From an uncultured cyanobacterium (GTDB taxonomy: Bacteria > Cyanobacteriota > Cyanobacteriia > CAKZMO01), in contig CAVRCJ010000010.1 of assembly GCA_963719515.1 (NCBI GenBank), positions 512,001-576,000 on the forward strand: a stretch of 64,000 bases of DNA. The letters are read 5' to 3'. The position numbers and the translations under genes were made by a program. Positions 28,623 through 39,563 of the stretch are shown here, one piece after another. The first letter of the stretch is position 1; each line of letters starts with the position of its first letter. A model generated the notes under the pieces. That model ran no database searches, was not told where the DNA came from, and saw only the letters and a list, made by a program, of their open reading frames with translations.

Positions 28623-29828
28623 TTATCTGTGATCTGGTCCGTGCCACAGGGAGGCCGCCGGCTTTGTTTCCGACAAAACATAGGCCCCGGCACCAGACAC
28701 TGCCGCATCATAGGCGGGCTGGCGCAGGTACAGCGTCAAATCCCGAATCACTCGCTCCATTGCCAAGGGCGGCAGCAGCCCCCGCGTTCCCACCGAACGC
28801 TGGCACCTTTGCATCATGTCAATGCAGATCTGCTCGATGGCGGTGCGGACCATGCTGGCGTAGGCTACAAGCTTGTCGGCCTCAAGGTGAGCTACTGCCG
28901 GATCCCCGCCAAACTGAGGGTCATAGGCCGCCACCATATCGGCGACGCCGCGCAGCCAGAGACAGCCGCTCTCTAAAGCGATCGCCATTTGCCCCAGCCG
29001 CTCCTGCTGATAAGGGTGTTCCGTACGGCATTCAGCCTGCAAAAACTCTCGCGTCAGGTTGAACAGAGCCTCAGCCCCCCCAAGCTGCACAGCGGCGAAG
29101 CGCGTCACCCCAGCCGTCAGCCAGGGCTGGCGGAAATAGTCTCCCGGCTGACCAATCAAATCTTGGTCACTCAGCTCTACGCCGCTAAAGTCGATGCGGT
29201 AGCTGGCGGTGGCCTTCATGCCTGAGGGCTGCCACCACGACGGGTCTACGCCAGTGACCACCTCATCCATGGGGACGATGCACATCTGCCAGGTGCCGTC
29301 GGGCAGCGCTCCGTTCACAAAGGGCCGGTCGACAAAACCCGACCCAGAGCAAAAGGTCTTAGCCCCCTCTAAGCGGTAGCGTCCGCCGCCCAAAGGCACC
29401 ACCTTCACCCCTTGGGCATCTTCAGCGTTCCACACGCCGAAGACTTTGTGGCGGCGGGCGTCGTGACCGTAGCGCTCTACCTGCTGCGGGGTTCCAAAGG
29501 TCTGGATGAGCTGCAGGGCGTTGACGTGGCCTTCGTACAATCGACCTACTGCCAGATTGCCGCGCCCGATGTGCTTTAACACCATCAATAGGGGATATAG
29601 ACTGCTGGACTCGACCCCCAAGCTACAGCCCCCTAGCGAAGCTGGGAGAGGAGCCGCCAACAGCCCAACCGCAGCCAGCCGCTGGAAGTCCTGTTCTGGG
29701 AAAGCTCCCCAGGAGTCAACCGCGGCAGCGTGGTCGGCGCAGCCCTCAGCGATTTGCTCGGCGATCGCGACAAAGCGCGAAGCAGGAATGACCTTCGGAG
29801 TTGAAAAAAGTTGAGTAGCGATATGCAG
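28623..29828 (-). CDS. Acyl-CoA dehydrogenase-like flavoprotein (probable CTG start)
   Basis: GRLYEGHVNAL, LEGAKTFCSG, GMKATAS, RDLTLYLRQP; frame stays open 56 codons upstream of the TTG at 29660 with typical N-terminal helices (AAAVD..GAFPEQDFQRL). Confidence 0.85.
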   Translation of the reverse strand: MHIATQLFSTPKVIPASRFVAIAEQIAEGCADHAAAVDSWGAFPEQDFQRLAAVGLLAAPLPASLGGCSLGVESSSLYPLLMVLKHIGRGNLAVGRLYEGHVNALQLIQTFGTPQQVERYGHDARRHKVFGVWNAEDAQGVKVVPLGGGRYRLEGAKTFCSGSGFVDRPFVNGALPDGTWQMCIVPMDEVVTGVDPSWWQPSGMKATASYRIDFSGVELSDQDLIGQPGDYFRQPWLTAGVTRFAAVQLGGAEALFNLTREFLQAECRTEHPYQQERLGQMAIALESGCLWLRGVADMVAAYDPQFGGDPAVAHLEADKLVAYASMVRTAIEQICIDMMQRCQRSVGTRGLLPPLAMERVIRDLTLYLRQPAYDAAVSGAGAYVLSETKPAASLWHGPDHR

Positions 29829-30025
29829 CAGTCCTCACCTTTGAAAGAGGCGTTTAGATCATGCCGGAGATTCTGGGTATAAATCGTCTTTCTTCTGGTA
29901 GGGTTCTGCTGCGGTTTGCAGTTGAAATAGAGCCTAACTTGCAGCTTTTTCTCCACAGCAGCCGGTAAACGCGGTTTAATGAGATAGGCTTAACATTCCT
30001 TAACCACATTTCACCCACCGCAACT

Positions 30026-31525
30026 ATGGCGAGAGATCTACGGGGTTTTCTAAAGCAGCTAGAGGAGCGCGATCGCCTGCATCGCATCACAGCACCGGTG
30101 AACCCCGACTTGGAAATGGCCGAAATTGCCAACCGAGTGCTGCAGTCCGGGGGGCCAGCCCTGCTGTTTGAAAACGTGGTGGGTTCCCCCTACAAGGTGG
30201 CCATTAACACCGTGGGCACTGTGGAGCGGGCCTGCTGGGCCATGAACATGGAAGCGCCCGAGGAGCTAGAGACCCTGGGCAAAAAGCTGGGCATGCTGCA
30301 GCAGCCCAAACCGCCAAAGAAGATTGGGCAGGCGGTGGAGTTTGGCAAGCTGCTGTTTGACGTGGTGCGGGCCAAACCGGGGCGCGACCTGCTGCCGCCC
30401 TGTCACCAAGTGGTGGTGAAAGAGGGCCTGGACCTGAACCAAATTCCTATGATTCGCCCCTACTCCGGCGACGCAGGCAAGATCATCACCCTAGGTCTAG
30501 TGATCACCAAGGACTGCGAGACGGGCACTCCCAACGTGGGCGTCTACCGGCTGCAGCTGCAGTCCGACACCACCATGACGGTGCATTGGCTGTCGGTGCG
30601 GGGCGGAGCGCGGCACCTGCGCAAGGCGGCAGAGCGGGGTAAAAAGCTGGAGATCGCGATCGCCCTCGGTGTCGATCCACTAATTATTATGGCGGCAGCC
30701 ACCCCCATTCCGGTGGACCTCTCGGAATGGCTGTTTGCTGGGCTATACGGCGGCAGCGGCGTGAATTTAGCCAAGTGCAAGACCGTGGACCTAGAAGTGC
30801 CCGCCGACTCGGAGTTTGTCCTAGAGGGCACCATCACCCCCGGCGAGGTGCTGCCCGATGGCCCCTTTGGGGACCACATGGGCTACTACGGCGGCGTGGA
30901 GGACTCGCCCTTGGTGCGCTTCCACTGCATGACCCACCGCCGCGACCCCATCTATCTCACCACCTTCAGCGGTCGCCCGCCGAAGGAAGAGGCGATTATG
31001 GCGATCGCCCTGAACCGGATCTACACGCCCATACTGCGGCAGCAGGTCTCGGAGATTGTGGATTTCTTTTTGCCGATGGAGGCGTTGAGCTATAAGGCGG
31101 CGATTATCTCCATCGATAAGGCCTATCCAGGCCAGGCGCGGCGGGCGGCGCTGGCCTTTTGGAGCGCGCTGCCGCAGTTTACCTACACTAAGTTTGTAAT
31201 TGTGGTGGACAAGGATATCAATATCCGCGACCCGCGCCAGGTGGTGTGGGCCATCACTTCTAAGGTGGACCCGGTGCGGGACGTGTTTATTTTGCCGGAG
31301 ACGCCGTTTGATACGCTCGATTTTGCCAGTGAGCGGGTGGGGCTAGGGGGACGCATGGGCATTGATGCGACCACGAAGGTGGCTCCGGAAACGGACCATC
31401 CCTGGGGTAAGCCTTTGGCTTCTGACCCGGAGGTGGCACAGCAGGTAAGCCAGCGGTGGGCGGAGTACGGGTTGGGAGAGCTGAGTGATGTGGTGGACCC
31501 AAATTTGTTTGGGTATGAGGTTTAA
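30026..31525 (+). CDS. ubiD: UbiD family prFMN-dependent decarboxylase (plastoquinone pathway)
   Basis: ALLFENV, NVGVYRLQ, DGPFGDHMGYY, GRPPKEE, DTLDFAS, GIDATTK. Confidence 0.93.
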   Translation: MARDLRGFLKQLEERDRLHRITAPVNPDLEMAEIANRVLQSGGPALLFENVVGSPYKVAINTVGTVERACWAMNMEAPEELETLGKKLGMLQQPKPPKKIGQAVEFGKLLFDVVRAKPGRDLLPPCHQVVVKEGLDLNQIPMIRPYSGDAGKIITLGLVITKDCETGTPNVGVYRLQLQSDTTMTVHWLSVRGGARHLRKAAERGKKLEIAIALGVDPLIIMAAATPIPVDLSEWLFAGLYGGSGVNLAKCKTVDLEVPADSEFVLEGTITPGEVLPDGPFGDHMGYYGGVEDSPLVRFHCMTHRRDPIYLTTFSGRPPKEEAIMAIALNRIYTPILRQQVSEIVDFFLPMEALSYKAAIISIDKAYPGQARRAALAFWSALPQFTYTKFVIVVDKDINIRDPRQVVWAITSKVDPVRDVFILPETPFDTLDFASERVGLGGRMGIDATTKVAPETDHPWGKPLASDPEVAQQVSQRWAEYGLGELSDVVDPNLFGYEV

Positions 31526-31780
31526 AGGGGATAAAGGCTACCCTTTGAGCCCCGAGAGAAATCCTGTGGAAACCTGACAAAGCGGCAGGAAGCCGAAAAT
31601 TTAGCCATCCTGTCTCGGCAGCGATCGCTGCCGAGGGGCTTTGGGCAAGCTGCGGTTTGGGGTTACCGCTAGGGATGCTTACGGTAATCCCGCCAGCGAT
31701 CGCTCTTTGGGGTAAGGCTACCATCAGGCTCGCTCTCGTAGAATGAGGGCAATAGACTTTTGGGAGCTACCCGTCGAATT

Positions 31781-32371
31781 ATGGGTCTACGCGATCGCTT
31801 TAACCCGCTCAGCCGCCAGACGCGCTTCGTTGTCTGCCGCATTTTCGTGCATCTTGCCGGCCAAGAGGTCGCCCCGCTGCTGGGGGTGCTCAATCAAGCG
31901 GGACGCAAAGCCGCCGACTCAGACGGCGACCTGCAGGTGCTTGGTGAGCAGCTTGCGCAGGTCTGCGAGCGCTTGCTGGAATATGAGACCTTCTGGCGCT
32001 CGGCTGCCAACGAAGGAGACGTCACCTGGGACGAGGGAGAAGCTGGAGACTACGTCAGCGAGCTCTTTACCGATTCGGCGGCGCGCTACGGCAGCGCCAC
32101 GGTTGTCTCAGACGAGGATACTGCATTCACCATTCCCGCAACGCAAAACGTAGTAGTGATGATTGTGGCTGCTTTTGAAGGCGAAGTTCCCGAACTAGAA
32201 GACAGCCTCGACGACATAGAGGCGCTGAGGGCGGGATTGAAAGCGCTAATCAACCTGCATTACAGGGGCACAATTAGGGCGGTTCAGCTCCACTTCTCTC
32301 CAGCTCAGCTTGGAGACGACCTAACGCCAGATCAGCTCATTGAGTTTTTTCCGGAGCTTGTTCCCCTCTAG
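31781..32371 (+). CDS. DUF1517-domain protein
   Basis: Resembles short cyanobacterial DUF1517 proteins (VVVMIVAA, WRSAANEG, SPAQLGDDLT.DQL...FPEL.PL). Confidence 0.65.
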   Translation: MGLRDRFNPLSRQTRFVVCRIFVHLAGQEVAPLLGVLNQAGRKAADSDGDLQVLGEQLAQVCERLLEYETFWRSAANEGDVTWDEGEAGDYVSELFTDSAARYGSATVVSDEDTAFTIPATQNVVVMIVAAFEGEVPELEDSLDDIEALRAGLKALINLHYRGTIRAVQLHFSPAQLGDDLTPDQLIEFFPELVPL

Positions 32372-32423
32372 CCCAATTCAGCTAAGACTTTATCCTGTTT
32401 TTTGCCCACCTCTCTGCCCAGCT

Positions 32424-33467
32424 ATGACAATCCGCAAACTTCTGCCCCTAGGGCGTACGACCCTGAATTGGTCAGCCGCCCCTAGTCTCTCTAATCCCGC
32501 GAAGACGGACTCGGCCCGCTCTTTGTCCCAAAAGGGTACCGGCGCGAAGCGTAACCGGCGAACCCACCTGGGGGGATTTTGGGGACCAGCGCGTAAGTCC
32601 TGTGTTTCTTTGATGGCGCTTTCTCTCCTCTTGGTGACCAGCGCCTGCTCTATTGAACCCAATGGTCCTGTCTCCCAGCCGCCCTCGCAGCCCACGCAAA
32701 CCACGACCCCAGCAGCGACAACCAGCGCTATTTCGGACGGAACCTACCCTGTTCAGCAGGCCACCTACGACGACACCCTGGGTGAATACAGCCTGATGCT
32801 GCTCAACACTCAGCCCGGCCAGTCGATGTTCCGCAGCGCTGACTTACCCCTTGCCCAGCTCACGAACGAAGAGATCTCTGCGGGGAAAACGAGCGAGCTG
32901 CGGGTTGAAAACGGACAGCCGGCACTGTACATGACGCCCGACTTTCGGATTGAATACGTCCACAACGTCACCGAAACGCAAACCAACCCGCAGACCGGTC
33001 AACAGGAAGTGGTCGTGGTTCGCCGGGAGTCAAACTTCTGGACGCCGTTTGCCGGTGCTTTAGCGGGTCAAGTCGTCGGCAGTCTCCTCTTTCGGCCGCA
33101 GTACTACATCCCTCCAGTCTATCGACCGGGAGTAGCGCTGACGGGCTACGGGGGCTATGGCCGCAGCTATGGCGAAGCCGTATCCCGCTATCAGTCCCGA
33201 TACCAGGCTCCGCCCACCGCCTATCGCAACCGGCAGTTCCGCTCGACTGGGCGATTGCGCTCGACCGTTGGCCGGTCGGGGACCTCTAGTACGGGCACCC
33301 GCGCTAACACCAGCCGCCCCTCCACGCGCCCGTCCGGCAGCGGCGTGGGCAACAGCGATCTGCGCCGCAACAACCGCCAGAACGAGCGGGCTCGTCCGTC
33401 AAACCGAGGCTTTGGCAGTTCCCGGCGCTCTGCCCCCAGATCCCGTCCCCGCAGTCGACGCCGGTAG
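32424..33467 (+). CDS. Conserved cyanobacterial lipoprotein with Arg/Ser/Gly-rich tail
   Basis: Lipobox-like LLLVTSAC; YPVQQATYDD..GEYSLMLLN, FWTPFAGALAG; start uncertain. Confidence 0.7.
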   Translation: MTIRKLLPLGRTTLNWSAAPSLSNPAKTDSARSLSQKGTGAKRNRRTHLGGFWGPARKSCVSLMALSLLLVTSACSIEPNGPVSQPPSQPTQTTTPAATTSAISDGTYPVQQATYDDTLGEYSLMLLNTQPGQSMFRSADLPLAQLTNEEISAGKTSELRVENGQPALYMTPDFRIEYVHNVTETQTNPQTGQQEVVVVRRESNFWTPFAGALAGQVVGSLLFRPQYYIPPVYRPGVALTGYGGYGRSYGEAVSRYQSRYQAPPTAYRNRQFRSTGRLRSTVGRSGTSSTGTRANTSRPSTRPSGSGVGNSDLRRNNRQNERARPSNRGFGSSRRSAPRSRPRSRRR

Positions 33468-33505
33468 TCTCTGAGTCCTGTGAGACATCTGCTGTAAGAG
33501 AGACG

Positions 33506-36500
33506 CTAGCGGGCCGCAAGCTCTTCTTGCCCCACCACCGCGCTTCTATCCAACAGCAGTAGATTGCGCAGCTGCTGGGTGTCGAACTCACCCAGCCAGG
33601 TCTCCCCAGTGCCTACGACCTGTTCCGACAGCGCCTTCTTGCTCTCGATGATCTCGTGGATGCGCTCTTCTAAGGTGCCTGAGCAGACGAATTTGTGGAC
33701 CTGCACATTGCGGGTCTGACCGATGCGGAAGGCGCGGTCGGTGGCCTGGTTTTCCACCGCCGGGTTCCACCAGCGGTCCACGTGGAAAACGTGGTTGGCC
33801 CGCGTCAGATTGAGACCGGTGCCCCCGGCTTTCAGCGACAGGATAAATAGCCTCGGCCCCTGGGGGTCGTTTTGAAAGCGGTCCACCATGGTTTCCCGCG
33901 CCTGCCGGGAGGTGCTGCCATAAAGAAACATCACCTCTTGGCCAAAGCGGTGCTCCAGGTAGGTTTTCAGCAGCTTGCCCCACTGAGCAAACTGGGTAAA
34001 CAGCAGGGCGCGATCGCCCTCGGCCAGCAGTTCTTCCACCATCTCCTCGAGCCGCAGCAGCTTGCCCGACAGGGTGGGAAATTGGTCTGACTGGGCGGAG
34101 AGGGCAGCGTCAGCAGCTTTGGTAGAGGCTTTAACACCCGCTGCCTTTGCGTCCGCCTCAGTTTTGAGCAGCGTCGGGTGGTTGCACACCTGCTTGAGCT
34201 TGGTGAGCAGGGCTAGCACCTGTCCGTGGCGCTGGATGCCCGCCGCCGCCTCAATTTCTTTTAGAGAATTGTCCACCAGCTTTTGATACAGATCTGCCTG
34301 CACCTCCGACAATCCGCAAAATACCGTCATTTCCTGCTTCTCCGGCAGGTCCTGAATGATGGTGCGGTCTGTCTTCAGGCGGCGGAGAATGAAGGGCTGC
34401 ACCAGCGATCGCAGGGCCTGCAGAGAGGCGCTGTCGCCGTAGCGCTCGATGGGCATGGCAAACCGGCGCTGAAAGAAGTTGCGGGGTCCCAGGTAGCCAG
34501 GGTTGAGAAAATCGATGATGGACCACAGCTCGGAGAGGCGGTTTTCTAAGGGGGTGCCGGTGAGGGCGATGCGAAAGTCTGACTCTAGCTGCCGCACCGC
34601 CTGGGACTGCCGCGCCTCTGGATTTTTGATATTTTGGGCTTCGTCCAGCACCAGACCCTGCCACGATACAGCCTTCAGGCTCTTCTGGTCTCGGTAGGCT
34701 AGGGCGTAGCTGGTGATAATCAAGTCGACACCATTGGCCGCTTCGACGAAAGCTTTCCCCTGAGCGCGATCGCCATGGTGCACCAGCACCTTGAGGCTAG
34801 GGCCAAAGCGGCGCACCTCCCGCTCCCAATTGCCGATTACGGAGGTCGGACACACCAGCAGCGTCGGCGCGTCTAGGGCATTGGTTTCCTGCAGATGCAG
34901 CAGCAGAGCAATCAGCTGAATGGTTTTGCCTAAGCCCATGTCGTCTGCCAAGCAGGCCCCCAGTCCCCAGCGTCCTAAAAACGCTAGCCAAGAGACGCCG
35001 CGCTGCTGGTAGGGCCGGAGGGTGCCATGAAAGCCCTCCGGTGTGGGAATGGCCTCAATGGACTGGTCGCCCGTGGTCAGGGTCTCCAGCAGCGTATTGA
35101 GGGCTCCCGACGCCTCAAAGTCTACCACCGGCAGCTTTTCTACCGTCTTGCTGTCGCCGGAGCTGATGCGCAGAGCATCTTCCAGCGACAGAGAGAGCTG
35201 ATCTTTGCGGGTGTCGAAGAACTCCTGGGCTGCCTTGATGTCCTGCTGTCGCAGCTCCACCCACTCCCCGTCAATCTCCACTAGCGGCGACTTTCGGGCC
35301 ACCAGCCGGTCGAACTCTTCTTTGGAAATGCGGTGGTTGCCGATGGTCAGCTCCCAGCGAAAATTGAGCAAGCTTTGGAGGTTGAGGGATTGGTTCTTGC
35401 GGCGGCGGGGGGTTTGGGCACGGACAGCCAGACCTAAGCGGCTGGCCCAGCCGTCTGGGTTCGATAGGCTTGCGGGCAGAATCACCCCAAAGCCGTTGTC
35501 CTGAAGCTGCCAGGCTACAGTTTTGATGAACTCGTAGGCGGTTTGGGGATCTAGGGAGCAGCTGACGGGCTGCACCTCTTCCAGGCTGGGCAGCAGGATA
35601 GGGTAGAGGCGAGAAGCAATGCCCAAGCCCAACAGCAGCGTCTCCTGCGGAAAGTCGATGGTGCGCCCTTCATAGTCAAACTGAGAGACGGGGTGTCGCC
35701 AAATCTCTTCGGCTTCTAAAAAGATAGCGGTGTCATCTAGGGCCTGGAGCCCGTAGTTCAAGCGCCAGGCAGAGGCGGGCGACTCAGGCGAATCTGCTTT
35801 CGTGGGGGTGGGGGGCTGCAGGACAAAGGCGACGCGGTAGGGCGAAATGGTCTGAGAGAGCTGGCGCTGCACGGGAGCTAGCCAGGTGGACAGCACGGCG
35901 GCAAGCCGGCGAGTTCCCTCCGTCTCCGCCTCCATAGGTGTCTCTTGGGCAAGAGACTGGAGCCAGGCCTTGAGGGGCAGGTCGCGGGGGAGGGGCGCTG
36001 TGGGTAGCGGTAGGGTGGTGGCGATCGCCTTCACTTGAGCATTGACGGCCCGGGTCAAAAAGCTAAACAGGGCGGTGCGGGCAGCGGGAAAAGTCTCTGC
36101 AGTGGTGCGGTCGTAGCTGCGGCACACTAGGGGCATGTAGCGCTCGAAATGCACCAGTCGCCCTTGGTCGGTGGCGCTGTCTAGCAGGGGCTGCCAATGT
36201 CCGTTGCCCACCTGCGGACTGTCTGTGTCGTCAAGGGTCAAGCGAGGTACAAACTTGGAGCGGGCCAGCAGATCTAGCTGCCAGCGGCTAACGTGGGACC
36301 AAAACCGCAAATCGCTTCCCCAGGTAGATTCTTGGTCGGCGAGGCTGAGGGGGAGAGAGTGGAGCAGGGCCACCGCTTCTGCTGCCGACAGCCAGAGCCC
36401 CGAAATCCGCCAGGGGTAAAGCAGCAGCGCGCCTTCTGCGCCGGAGCCATTGGCGCTGTTGGGCAGTACCGACCCAGAGTGCTGCGGCAGTATGGCGCGA

Positions 36501-37064
36501 GCTGGGGAACGGTTCGCACTGGGCTTGGCGGCTGGGCTCTGGCGCGCTGGGCTCTGGCGCACTGGGCTCTGGCGCGCTGGGCTCTGCCGCGTCATCTGAG
36601 GCATCTTTGGAGGCTTTTAGGTTGCCTGACTGGCTCTTTGCTTTTGACTTCTTTGCTTTTGGATTCTCTGCTTTTGACTTCTCTGCTTCTAAAGAGTCTG
36701 ATTCTAGAGCGTCTGCCGACAGCACGTGACTCGGCAACAGAACGGGTAGCGATCGCCAAGACGCCAGGGTCACGGTTGAGGTTTCTGCTAAGGTCTTGAG
36801 CGGTAGCTCGTCTACCGGCCACTGAAGCTGGCCCGCCACTTGGAGGGAAAGCAGCCACTGCCCCAGCTCTGTAGAACCCATAGCGTAGGGATGCTCTGGG
36901 TTGGCGTTGCTGGATGGAGTCTGTTCATCGGCAATCTGGTAGGGCACAGCGCGACGCCATTTCTCCCCCCACAAAAAGAAGCCGATAGGGTCGCTACTGG
37001 CATCGGTCGGCTGCCCAGAGGCCGCTGCCTCAGAGACAACCCAGCTTCCGTGTAAAACTGCCAT
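33506..37064 (-). pseudogene. SNF2-family helicase/ATPase (DUF3670-SNF2_N-HelicaseC), one frameshift near 36530
   Basis: MAVLHGSW N-terminus in ORF 36288-37064; LADDMGLGKT, DEAQ, ALTGTPLEN, QATDRAFRIGQ in ORF 33506-36604; may be a sequencing error. Confidence 0.88.
36518..36590 (-). repeat. 15-bp tandem repeat (EPSAP) x4 plus a degenerate 13-nt unit
   Basis: (G/A)CTGGGCTCTG(G/C)CGC at 36531, 36546, 36561, 36576; ACTGGGCTTGGCG at 36518. Confidence 0.85.
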
Positions 37065-37328
37065 GCAAATCTATCCTGCTTCCGGTAGTAATCCGCGTCA
37101 TAATCGGTAGAGGGCCGTCACAGCCTGACGCTATAAGCTGCAGTGCCGCTGCCCGCGCCCAGTCTACATCCGCTATCGAATCTGGGGTGACCTGCCGCTT
37201 TATGGGTGGCTCTTGTGTTAGCCATTGTACCGCTCGCCTTTAAGATGACGCTTGTATTTGCAGAACTTTAGGATAGGGTTGTCCGTAGATGACTGTAGTC
37301 CACCTAAACCGGTTTTGGAGCGCCTAGC

Positions 37329-38033
37329 TTGGTCCCCTTAAAAGACGAAAACCCAACCCGGATCACGCCCTATGTGACCTACGTTTTCATTGCCATCAAT
37401 ATTTTCGTGTTTCTCTATCAAATTGGCCTGGGTCAAGAGGGTCTAGAAGGCTTCTTCCGCACCTGGGCCGTCGTTCCTGCCAACTTGAGCGCTAGTTTTG
37501 CAGGTCAAGCCTCCCCCTTGGTTTGGATTACCCTAATTACCTCTCAGTTTATGCACGGCGGGCTGCTGCACCTAGGGGGCAACATGCTCTACCTATGGGT
37601 ATTTGGCAACAACATTGAAGACAAGCTGGGGCATGTGCGCTATATCCTGTTTTATTTAGCCTGCGGGGTGCTGGCGTCGCTGTCCCAGTGGTTTTTTTCC
37701 CAGATGTCGACGGTGCCCTCTTTGGGGGCCAGCGGGGCGATCGCAGGGGTGATGGGGGCCTACATTCTTCGCTTTCCCCAGGCGCGAATTTTGACGCTGA
37801 TTCCCATCCTGTTTTTCATCACTACGATCCGCATCCCCGCCATCGTGTTTTTGGGCATCTGGTTTGTGCAGCAGGCCTTCTACGGCGTCGCTAGCCTCAG
37901 CGTCCAGACGGATATGGGACAGGGCGGCATTGCCTACTGGGCCCACGCCGGGGGGTTTGTGTTTGGGGCACTGCTGGGACCGCTGCTGGGGTTGTTCGGC
38001 GATGCGGATGCGTCTCAGACGCGCCGCTACTAG
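37329..38033 (+). CDS. Rhomboid family intramembrane serine protease
   Basis: FMHGG..HLGGNMLYLW, GASGAIAG, AYWAHAGG. Confidence 0.93.
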   Translation: MVPLKDENPTRITPYVTYVFIAINIFVFLYQIGLGQEGLEGFFRTWAVVPANLSASFAGQASPLVWITLITSQFMHGGLLHLGGNMLYLWVFGNNIEDKLGHVRYILFYLACGVLASLSQWFFSQMSTVPSLGASGAIAGVMGAYILRFPQARILTLIPILFFITTIRIPAIVFLGIWFVQQAFYGVASLSVQTDMGQGGIAYWAHAGGFVFGALLGPLLGLFGDADASQTRRY

Positions 38034-38085
38034 CTGGCTTGAAACGCAAAGTCGCTTTGGGAGGAGTCAACGCCATCGACGGGGC

Positions 38086-38859
38086 TCAGTACACCGACGG
38101 TGACGCCAGCTTCAGCACCCGGTCCACCATCCAAGGCGAGACGCGATCGCACCACATTGCCAGCTGCGCCTGCCAGCCCACGGAAATCTCCGCCGCGTTG
38201 CGGCTCAGTCCCCGCACCAGCGATCGCGCCACGGCCTGGGTGGACACAGGAACGACGCCCCGGAACCACTTAAACTCCCGCACCATGTCGGTGTCCGTCA
38301 GCGAGGGCAGCAGCGCCATTACGCCCACGTTGTAGTCCGCCAGCTCGTGGCGCAAAGCGCGGCTAAACCCGACCACGGCAAACTTAGTTGCTGAATAGGT
38401 CGCCATGCTGGGGGCCGCCACCTTGCCCATGAGGCTAGAGACGTTGACAATCCTGCCCTCTCGGTGGGCCACCATGCGCCGGGCCACAAAGCGGGTGACG
38501 GCATAGAGGCCTACGAGATTAGTGTCAATTTCCGCCTGCACGTCAGCCAGCCGAGACTGAATGAAGGGCCGCTGATGAGCTACCCCAGCGCAGTTGACCA
38601 GCAGGTGAATTGGGCCGTGGTGCTTCCAGGCTTGGGCGACGGCGATGTTTACCGCCTTGACCTGAGTGAGGTCTAAGACGAGCGGGACGGCCTCTACCCC
38701 TAGCGCCTCAATTTGAGCGGCCACCTGCGCGAGTCGCTCGGGGCTGCGGGCTACCAGAATAATGCGCTGCATGCCCTGATGAGCGAGCTCTAAGGCGATC
38801 GCTTCGCCGATGCCGCGAGAGGCACCGGTTACCAGTGCGGTTTTACCCTGTAATTTCAT
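38086..38859 (-). CDS. Short-chain dehydrogenase/reductase
   Basis: TGASRGIG, NCAG, NVSS, YSATK. Confidence 0.92.
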   Translation of the reverse strand: MKLQGKTALVTGASRGIGEAIALELAHQGMQRIILVARSPERLAQVAAQIEALGVEAVPLVLDLTQVKAVNIAVAQAWKHHGPIHLLVNCAGVAHQRPFIQSRLADVQAEIDTNLVGLYAVTRFVARRMVAHREGRIVNVSSLMGKVAAPSMATYSATKFAVVGFSRALRHELADYNVGVMALLPSLTDTDMVREFKWFRGVVPVSTQAVARSLVRGLSRNAAEISVGWQAQLAMWCDRVSPWMVDRVLKLASPSVY

Positions 38860-39563
38860 AGAATCTCCTACGGTGAGGCTGGCGATGGAGATGTGAGCGC
38901 CCGTAGGCAGCTTCAGCCATCGTCAGGTACTATCGAGTTTGCAGAATTTCTGAAAGCGCCTCAGGTCGGGCGCTGTGGCCGGGTAGTCGCTGGGATGAGC
39001 GTCTACTATTCAGCCGGCCTACGGCGGATTGGAGGGACATAGCAGGCTATGCCCGTACGAAATCAAGCTTGCAGTTCGGCAGACCCAAAGAACAGGTCTG
39101 CTCAAAAGGTGCGTCTGAGAAAAAAGTTGCGTTTGGAAACAGGGTGAAGAAACAGGGTGTGGGCCTAAGTCGATTGAGAGGTGAGTGCCACAGGGTCACT
39201 CATACCTTAGGTCAGCGTCCGCTAAACGCCGTAAAATCCAATGCTGCAGAGCATATTGTCTCCCTGGTTGCTTAACCGAATTCAATCACCCACACACGCT
39301 AGCAAGCGGATCAAGCATCTGCAATGTTTCTTTGCTAAATTCAAATGTTGTAATTTTTGTTTATATTTCTTTAAGATTTCTGCGGGAAGCTGCACTGGAC
39401 GCGATCGCAAGGGATCACCACTGGGGCAACGCCCTGCCCCAATTCCAGTAGCCTATACAGATTGCTGCAGTTCTGAATTTAAGGGCGCTGCGGCCTCGAT
39501 TCTGAGATGAGCCTTTCGCTACCGTTGCCCCACAACAGGCAGACTCACCTTAAACACCAGAGG

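Noticed and set aside
29633..29956. 107-aa ORF as a frameshifted ACAD N-terminus
   Set aside because: The real ACAD N-terminus is in the same frame as the main ORF, so no frameshift is needed
38860..39560. Long intergenic region with short ORFs, possible riboswitch or sRNA
   Set aside because: No recognisable aptamer, terminator or protein motif
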